A stretch of 33,649 nucleotides of DNA. It comes from a virus. The notes below the pieces were generated by a model that did not search any database, was not told the origin of the DNA, and saw nothing but the letters and a program-made list of their open reading frames with translations. Positions 29,278-33,649 of this stretch are shown here, one piece after another. Each line of letters begins with the position of its first letter. The stretch's first letter is position 1. The stretch is from positions 1 through 33,649 of the IMG/VR virus record IMGVR_UViG_3300016665_000159; one strand, given 5' to 3'. The translations under genes and the position numbers were made by a program.

Positions 29278-29888
29278 TGTGTTAAAATTTTACCTATTTC
29301 GTTTGTTTCTCTTTTAAAATCATTATAATCAAAATCTAAATCGTTGTGTTCTTTAACGTAATCTAAACCTATATAGGCCACGAAATAACCATCTTTAAAA
29401 TAAGGTGCAACGATTAAACTTTTAACACCTTGTTTTTTTAATGCTATTCGTGTAGATGTTTCTTGCATACAATTAACGTTGCTGTAAATACATTTATTAA
29501 GCATTACTTCCTGTAAAAACACAGGAAACAAACTAACGGGTAATTTTTGTAAATTAATTGACTCGTAACTAACACCATTTGCACAAACTTCAAAACTCAT
29601 GCTAGTATGATTTCTATGAGTTCCATCGTAGTACATTACATTGTTAGAGAATTGAAACACATAACACCTATCCGCTTTGTATTTAACCATTAAATCGTTT
29701 AACATTTCTTGAATCAAAACATTATTGTTAATATCCTTCTTTACTTCATCAGGCTTTTTAACCTTTGTTTCAATCAATTCAGTGATTAGTGGCTTGTAAT
29801 AGAATAAAACAAACACCACAAACAGGATTAAAATTACCGTAGTTTTCATTTTACGTATAATTTCTAATAAATTTTTAATCTCGTTCAT
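29274..29888 (-). CDS. N-terminally membrane-anchored protein with a GAF-like C-terminal domain (204 aa)
   Basis: It has a TM helix (TTVILILFVVFVLFYY). The rest, ...KADRCYVFQFSNN...LPVSLFPVFLQEVMLNKCIYSNVNCMQE...ALKKQGVKSLIVAPYFKDGYFVAYIGLDYV...FKRETNEIGKIL, follows the GAF-domain sequence pattern. Its ATGA overlaps the holin ORF. Confidence 0.45.
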   Translation of the reverse strand: MNEIKNLLEIIRKMKTTVILILFVVFVLFYYKPLITELIETKVKKPDEVKKDINNNVLIQEMLNDLMVKYKADRCYVFQFSNNVMYYDGTHRNHTSMSFEVCANGVSYESINLQKLPVSLFPVFLQEVMLNKCIYSNVNCMQETSTRIALKKQGVKSLIVAPYFKDGYFVAYIGLDYVKEHNDLDFDYNDFKRETNEIGKILTQ

Positions 29889-29904
29889 GGTGCTAATTTA
29901 ATAA

Positions 29905-30120
29905 TTATCTTTCAATGTTAGGTACTACTGGATTGTGTTCAATCAATTCACATGATTTCAACCATTGAAATTCGGGTTTTTCACAACCGTTTACTTCTTC
30001 TTGAGAAACGAAGTAATTCCCAGCTGCATCTAAAATAGGGTTAAAAAATGTAATTCCGTCCCATGTTTGACCTACTAAAAGGTCTTTTTGTTCTTCTGTT
30101 AATTTGTATACGTTTTGCAT
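29905..30120 (-). CDS. Hypothetical protein (71 aa)
   Basis: ORF track entry. Confidence 0.4.
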   Translation of the reverse strand: MQNVYKLTEEQKDLLVGQTWDGITFFNPILDAAGNYFVSQEEVNGCEKPEFQWLKSCELIEHNPVVPNIER

Positions 30121-30143
30121 GTTTTATATTTTTTTATTTAAGA

Positions 30144-31007
30144 TTATACTTGTCTGCCTAAAGTAGTTTGGTACGTTTGTACAGCGTTATATAACGATGT
30201 TAATTCTGAGTCTGTTAACCCCCAACCAATCGAAATAAATGCAGCTTCTTTATCCGTAAATCTATTTTGAGCAACATAATTAGGTTCGTTTAAAGTTCCA
30301 ATCCAAACACTACTTGTTGCTAAGCTATTCATTAAATCATACGCTGAAGATGAAGCACCTTGATTTTGTATTAAAGTTGTATTATTCTTAATTATTTTAG
30401 TATTAGTTGCTGTTGTATTACCAATAAATAATCCTAATGAATTTGCTGTATTCGTAGAACCCGAAAAAGAATACGCAACCTGTAAACCAAAAGCTGCTAT
30501 CCAAAATGTAGATTTATCACTTCTTCTTATATTTAAACCTGCCCCACCAACATAAGTAGCACCATTATAACACTCTACACCCATATCATATCTATACGGT
30601 GGATTAGTCGATAATGTTGTATTTGTTCGTGAGTAATAACTAAAATGTAAAAGTGAAGTATAATCTAAATTGTTTTTTACAACAAAATTAGTTTCTGCAT
30701 AAGCATTTGTCCCGTTAGGTTTAGCACCTGTGCTTGAGTGTGTCCATCCGCCATTAAACGTTAAATAAAAATCACTTGCATTAGTTGTAGGTGCTTTCAA
30801 ATTAAACCTATGTGAACTTGCTGTACCTCCCACAAATGGATAGATTGCTTTCATTTTTGTCCAAATGTTAGCAGATTTTAAGTCAGAAACTAATTGAGTA
30901 ATCGCACTTTTTTGAGTTGTATCTGTAATATTAGCAGCTGTTATAAATGCCAAAGCATCTGTATCCGCTCCCTTACCTGCTAAAATTCCGTTTATTCCTA
31001 GTATCAT
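30144..31007 (-). CDS. Fibre-associated / receptor-binding-like protein, probably lectin (LamG/ConA)-like fold (287 aa)
   Basis: It follows the tail fibre gene by 2 nt and has a beta-rich Asn/Ser/Thr composition. The N-terminal DTDALAFITAANITDTTQKSAITQLVSDLKSANIWTKMKAIYPFVGG and the C-terminal GWGLTDSELTSLYNAVQTYQTTLGRQV resemble a family recurrent in Bacteroidetes phages. Confidence 0.4.
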   Translation of the reverse strand: MILGINGILAGKGADTDALAFITAANITDTTQKSAITQLVSDLKSANIWTKMKAIYPFVGGTASSHRFNLKAPTTNASDFYLTFNGGWTHSSTGAKPNGTNAYAETNFVVKNNLDYTSLLHFSYYSRTNTTLSTNPPYRYDMGVECYNGATYVGGAGLNIRRSDKSTFWIAAFGLQVAYSFSGSTNTANSLGLFIGNTTATNTKIIKNNTTLIQNQGASSSAYDLMNSLATSSVWIGTLNEPNYVAQNRFTDKEAAFISIGWGLTDSELTSLYNAVQTYQTTLGRQV

Positions 31008-31009
31008 AA

Positions 31010-32410
31010 TTATGCTGTTAAATCACCTGCTACGTAAAATTCTGTACTACTAATTGCTATAATCGTAACTAACGAATATTGAGCAGAAGTTTTTAACTTA
31101 CCTCCCGAACTTCTTAAAGTTACACCAGCACCTGCTGTTATAGTCGTTTGACCTGCTCCGTATTGGCTAACTAGTAATTGATTTCCTGCTGAAAATAAAC
31201 TAGCATTAATTGTTAACGTGTTAGCTGTAGCTACGTTCATCTCTATTAACTTTCCATTATCGTTAGCTACTAGCGTGTAAGATGCTGTTTTTCTATCTAA
31301 CGTAATGTTTTTATCAGACTTGTTATCTAGAGCTGTTTGCGTTGCTGAAGAAATAGGTTTATTAGCATCACTTGTATTGTCTACATTACCTAATCCTACT
31401 GCTGTTTTATCTAAAGTTTGAAATGTTTTATCACCTCTATAATATTGAGATGTTGTACCTGCTGTAATTGCATTCTCTTTTCCATTCCATGTGCTTTTTT
31501 CAGTGTCTGAAACTAGTCTATAACTAGCAGTTTGAACTATATTAACAGGGTTTGTCGCATCTAAATTAGGCACGTTTGAAAGCCCTACGTCTGTTTTTGT
31601 TACGTTGTGAGGATTACCACTAGTTAGTAGTGAGTGATCGTATGCTATCTTACCTCTGTCACCTCTATAGGCACTAGAAGAAGTTTCACCTAAAGCTAAG
31701 CTAGGACTAATTTCTACGTAAACCGAACCACTCCAACGATAAGTTAAATTAGTGTCTAAGGCAATGTAAATTTTTCCTGTTTCACCAGTTACAGGGAATG
31801 CAGATAAAGTAGTATATTCTACAACATCATCAACAAATGAAGGTAATTGAGAACTTGGAACTTTTCCTGTGCCATCTAACTCAGCAAAACCATTCGCAGC
31901 ACCTTTCATATCAGTGGTAGCTATAGTATAAGTACCTGCTGTTTTATTTGGAAATTCTAGATTGATTTCAGCTGTTAAATCAGTTGCTTTAAATTTACCT
32001 TTGAAATTTCCATTTGTGTTTATCCATACTTCACCTTCAGCATCATTCACAACTCCTTTAGTTCCTCTAAACGTAGTTATTTGACTAGGCGTGATATTAG
32101 AGTTAAATGTAGCATTCAAAACTGAAATAGGCGTGCTTGTTGAACTACCTACCGCCGTTACTTGTGATAAAGTAGGTACAGCAGCACCACTTACTGCAGA
32201 ATCAACATAAGTTTTAACTGCTTTTTGACTAGGGTAAAGCGTGTCACTAGTTCCTAAACTTGTATTTGTAGACTTATTAGCAACATCCTCTTTACCATTC
32301 AAAGCTGTCTGAGTAGCTGTTGAAATTGGTTTATTCAAGTCACTCGTGTTATCTACATTGTTAAGACCTAAATCTGTCTTATTTACATAAATGTTTACTG
32401 TATTTGGCAT
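31010..32410 (-). CDS. Tail fibre protein (466 aa)
   Basis: It has two copies of the phage tail-fibre repeat (GLNNVDNTSDLNKPISTATQTALNGK near the N-terminus; GLGNVDNTSDANKPISSATQTALDNK near residue 340) plus a degenerate third copy (GLSNVPNLDATNP). Confidence 0.75.
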   Translation of the reverse strand: MPNTVNIYVNKTDLGLNNVDNTSDLNKPISTATQTALNGKEDVANKSTNTSLGTSDTLYPSQKAVKTYVDSAVSGAAVPTLSQVTAVGSSTSTPISVLNATFNSNITPSQITTFRGTKGVVNDAEGEVWINTNGNFKGKFKATDLTAEINLEFPNKTAGTYTIATTDMKGAANGFAELDGTGKVPSSQLPSFVDDVVEYTTLSAFPVTGETGKIYIALDTNLTYRWSGSVYVEISPSLALGETSSSAYRGDRGKIAYDHSLLTSGNPHNVTKTDVGLSNVPNLDATNPVNIVQTASYRLVSDTEKSTWNGKENAITAGTTSQYYRGDKTFQTLDKTAVGLGNVDNTSDANKPISSATQTALDNKSDKNITLDRKTASYTLVANDNGKLIEMNVATANTLTINASLFSAGNQLLVSQYGAGQTTITAGAGVTLRSSGGKLKTSAQYSLVTIIAISSTEFYVAGDLTA

Positions 32411-32413
32411 AAT

Positions 32414-33034
32414 TTAATTATCTAAGGTTATTATTGTTATATCTTCTTTAAAATTACTATTCACATACACTTTGAATAGCATATCTTCTAATTCGTACGT
32501 TGAGCCACTTGCAACCGATACGCTAAAAGTACCGTTTGAATTAACGATTAGAACAGGGTCACAACTAGCACTTCCACTTCCACCAAAATCGTAACCATTT
32601 AAAGGCAACTCACAAAGTCCGTTTGAATCTCTAAGCTCAATAGATACATTCATTACATGACCAGCAACCTCATCTTTACCCCTTTCAACAAATGCATTTA
32701 CGCTGCCTTGAGTTACACGCCCTAAAACTTGCCATCTTTGTGATTTCTTCATTACATTAAAGATATCTCTACATATTTGCAACGTGTCCGACTTAGTTTC
32801 GATTAGATTTGAATTGTCTTTATAAACTTTATCCGCTACGATTATGAATAATTGCACCGAAGTATTAGAAATATTAATCGAGCCGCTATTATAATCACAA
32901 ATCATAACAGGATATTCCAAAGATCTATTCTGCAAAGCCAAATTAAACTCACCAAAATAATAAGAATTAAGCTGGTAGTGTGCCTCTTGAATAGCTTTAA
33001 GCTCGTCTGATAGTTGGTTAATACTCGTTATCAT
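32414..33034 (-). CDS. Virion structural protein (206 aa)
   Basis: ORF track entry lying between the connector-like and fibre genes. It is coupled to its upstream neighbour by a 4-nt overlap, and a 3-nt gap separates it from the fibre gene. Confidence 0.4.
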   Translation of the reverse strand: MITSINQLSDELKAIQEAHYQLNSYYFGEFNLALQNRSLEYPVMICDYNSGSINISNTSVQLFIIVADKVYKDNSNLIETKSDTLQICRDIFNVMKKSQRWQVLGRVTQGSVNAFVERGKDEVAGHVMNVSIELRDSNGLCELPLNGYDFGGSGSASCDPVLIVNSNGTFSVSVASGSTYELEDMLFKVYVNSNFKEDITIITLDN

Positions 33035-33552
33035 GCGAAGTTGATATTAGTATCTGAATGACCTTGATCAGGATTGATTTGATTTAAACCCTCACAAGGA
33101 TACAAAGAATAGTAGTAAGTTGTGTACTCAGGATAAACCGTATAATTCAATTTTAAGAATCTAATCAACCTTTCACGATAAAAGTTGTAGTCCTTATTTA
33201 AAGAGTTGCTTAAACGGTTTAATTCTTGCTCATTTACAGTATTTACACCATCCGAACTTACTCGAGAAACTCCAATTTGTCTAAGTTCTAATGTTGTCAT
33301 GTCAGTAGCTCTCTTTTCAACAGCAGCCACTAAACAAGGCGAAATATAAGTATCTAATAAAAGAATCTCGTCAGGGTTTAAATCGTTATTATCTACACCC
33401 TCTAATAATCGGTTAAATAATTGACTGCCTAAAATTGACTCTAATACAGTATCTTGAACACGTGTAATTAAAGTTGAAAGTAATAAATCATCTACATTTG
33501 AAGAAATGTAAGATAACGCTTTAAGATTTGTTGTGCTTATTAAATGTGCCAT
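33031..33552 (-). CDS. Head-tail connector (gp6-like adaptor) candidate (173 aa)
   Basis: It lies directly after the portal. The N-terminal ISTTNLKALSYISSNVDDLLLSTLITRVQDTVLESILG resembles gp6-type head-tail connector N-termini. Confidence 0.4.
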   Translation of the reverse strand: MAHLISTTNLKALSYISSNVDDLLLSTLITRVQDTVLESILGSQLFNRLLEGVDNNDLNPDEILLLDTYISPCLVAAVEKRATDMTTLELRQIGVSRVSSDGVNTVNEQELNRLSNSLNKDYNFYRERLIRFLKLNYTVYPEYTTYYYSLYPCEGLNQINPDQGHSDTNINFA

Positions 33553-33555
33553 AAC

Positions 33556-33649
33556 TTACTTATTTACAATAATTTGATACCACGTATGTCTGCACGAAGG
33601 TGTATTTCTGTTAGTTTCAGGATTGTGATACCAGCCACCTTTGTATTCC
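33556..33649 (-). CDS. Portal ORF 3-prime end (...WEYKGGWYHNPETNRNTPSCRHTWYQIIVNK, stop TAA at 33558-33556). Positions 33628-33649 duplicate 1-22.
   Basis: Reading the minus strand from position 1 into 33627 keeps the frame open for 24 more codons to a TAA. The next gene's ATG (33552) follows 3 nt later. Confidence 0.65.
   Translation of the reverse strand, partial: EYKGGWYHNPETNRNTPSCRHTWYQIIVNK
33628..33649. repeat. Terminal overlap with 1-22 (circular closure signature)
   Basis: It is the same 22-mer as at the window start. The portal ORF stays in frame across the join. Confidence 0.9.

Noticed and set aside
1-33649. A search by eye for tRNA genes, CRISPR arrays, integrase/attP, a lysogeny repressor, DNA polymerase, primase and a reverse transcriptase/DGR.
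   Set aside because: No T-loop-like GTTCGAAT motifs with an acceptor-stem context were seen. No regularly spaced repeat arrays were found, and no ORFs carry recombinase, polymerase or RT motifs. This absence is by eye only and should be confirmed with tRNAscan-SE and HMM searches.

Overview
The window reads as one complete, circularly closed tailed dsDNA phage genome of about 33.6 kb. Positions 1-22 are identical to 33628-33649, and a 628-codon portal ORF reads straight through that junction. The DNA is AT-rich. Gene starts have A-rich leaders with no Shine-Dalgarno sequence, and intergenic gaps carry TTG / TAnnTTTG boxes, so a Bacteroidetes (Flavobacteriia-like) host is inferred. I place every credible gene (about 60) on the minus strand; all plus-strand ORFs in the track look like antisense shadows.

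In transcription order (descending coordinates), the early/middle region runs from 28528 to 15737. It holds small HTH-like and unknown ORFs, a miniature NUMOD4/HNH endonuclease, a DnaB/RepA-like ATPase, a C5 DNA methyltransferase next to a Mom-like GNAT, and a NinG/Rap resolvase. It continues with an ERF annealase, a PD-(D/E)XK exonuclease, a secreted RlpA-like protein, a MazG-like hydrolase, a RelA/SpoT-type HD small alarmone hydrolase and a DUF3127-type OB-fold SSB.

The late region runs from 15732 to 1, wraps to 33649, and ends at 28608. It holds TerS, TerL, tail/baseplate-like proteins, a tape-measure-like protein, an XkdF-type protease, scaffold, major capsid, a terminator-bracketed tube-like protein and the portal fusion. 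It ends with a connector, fibre proteins, a membrane-anchored GAF-like protein, holin and an M15 endolysin. I saw no tRNA, CRISPR array, integrase, DNA polymerase or primase.

The items most worth a second look are:
- a four-copy 7-13-7 palindromic operator fused to the early/middle promoters;
- promoter-proximal terminators, including a candidate small RNA locus;
- a methyltransferase cassette flanked by 35-bp direct repeats beside a Mom-like gene;
- an alarmone/nucleotide hydrolase cluster packed with micro-ORFs;
- SSB-type C-terminal tails on both the OB-fold protein and the helicase-like ATPase;
- a TM-anchored GAF-like protein translationally coupled to the holin and endolysin.

All functional calls rest on motif recognition by eye and need HMM or structure searches.
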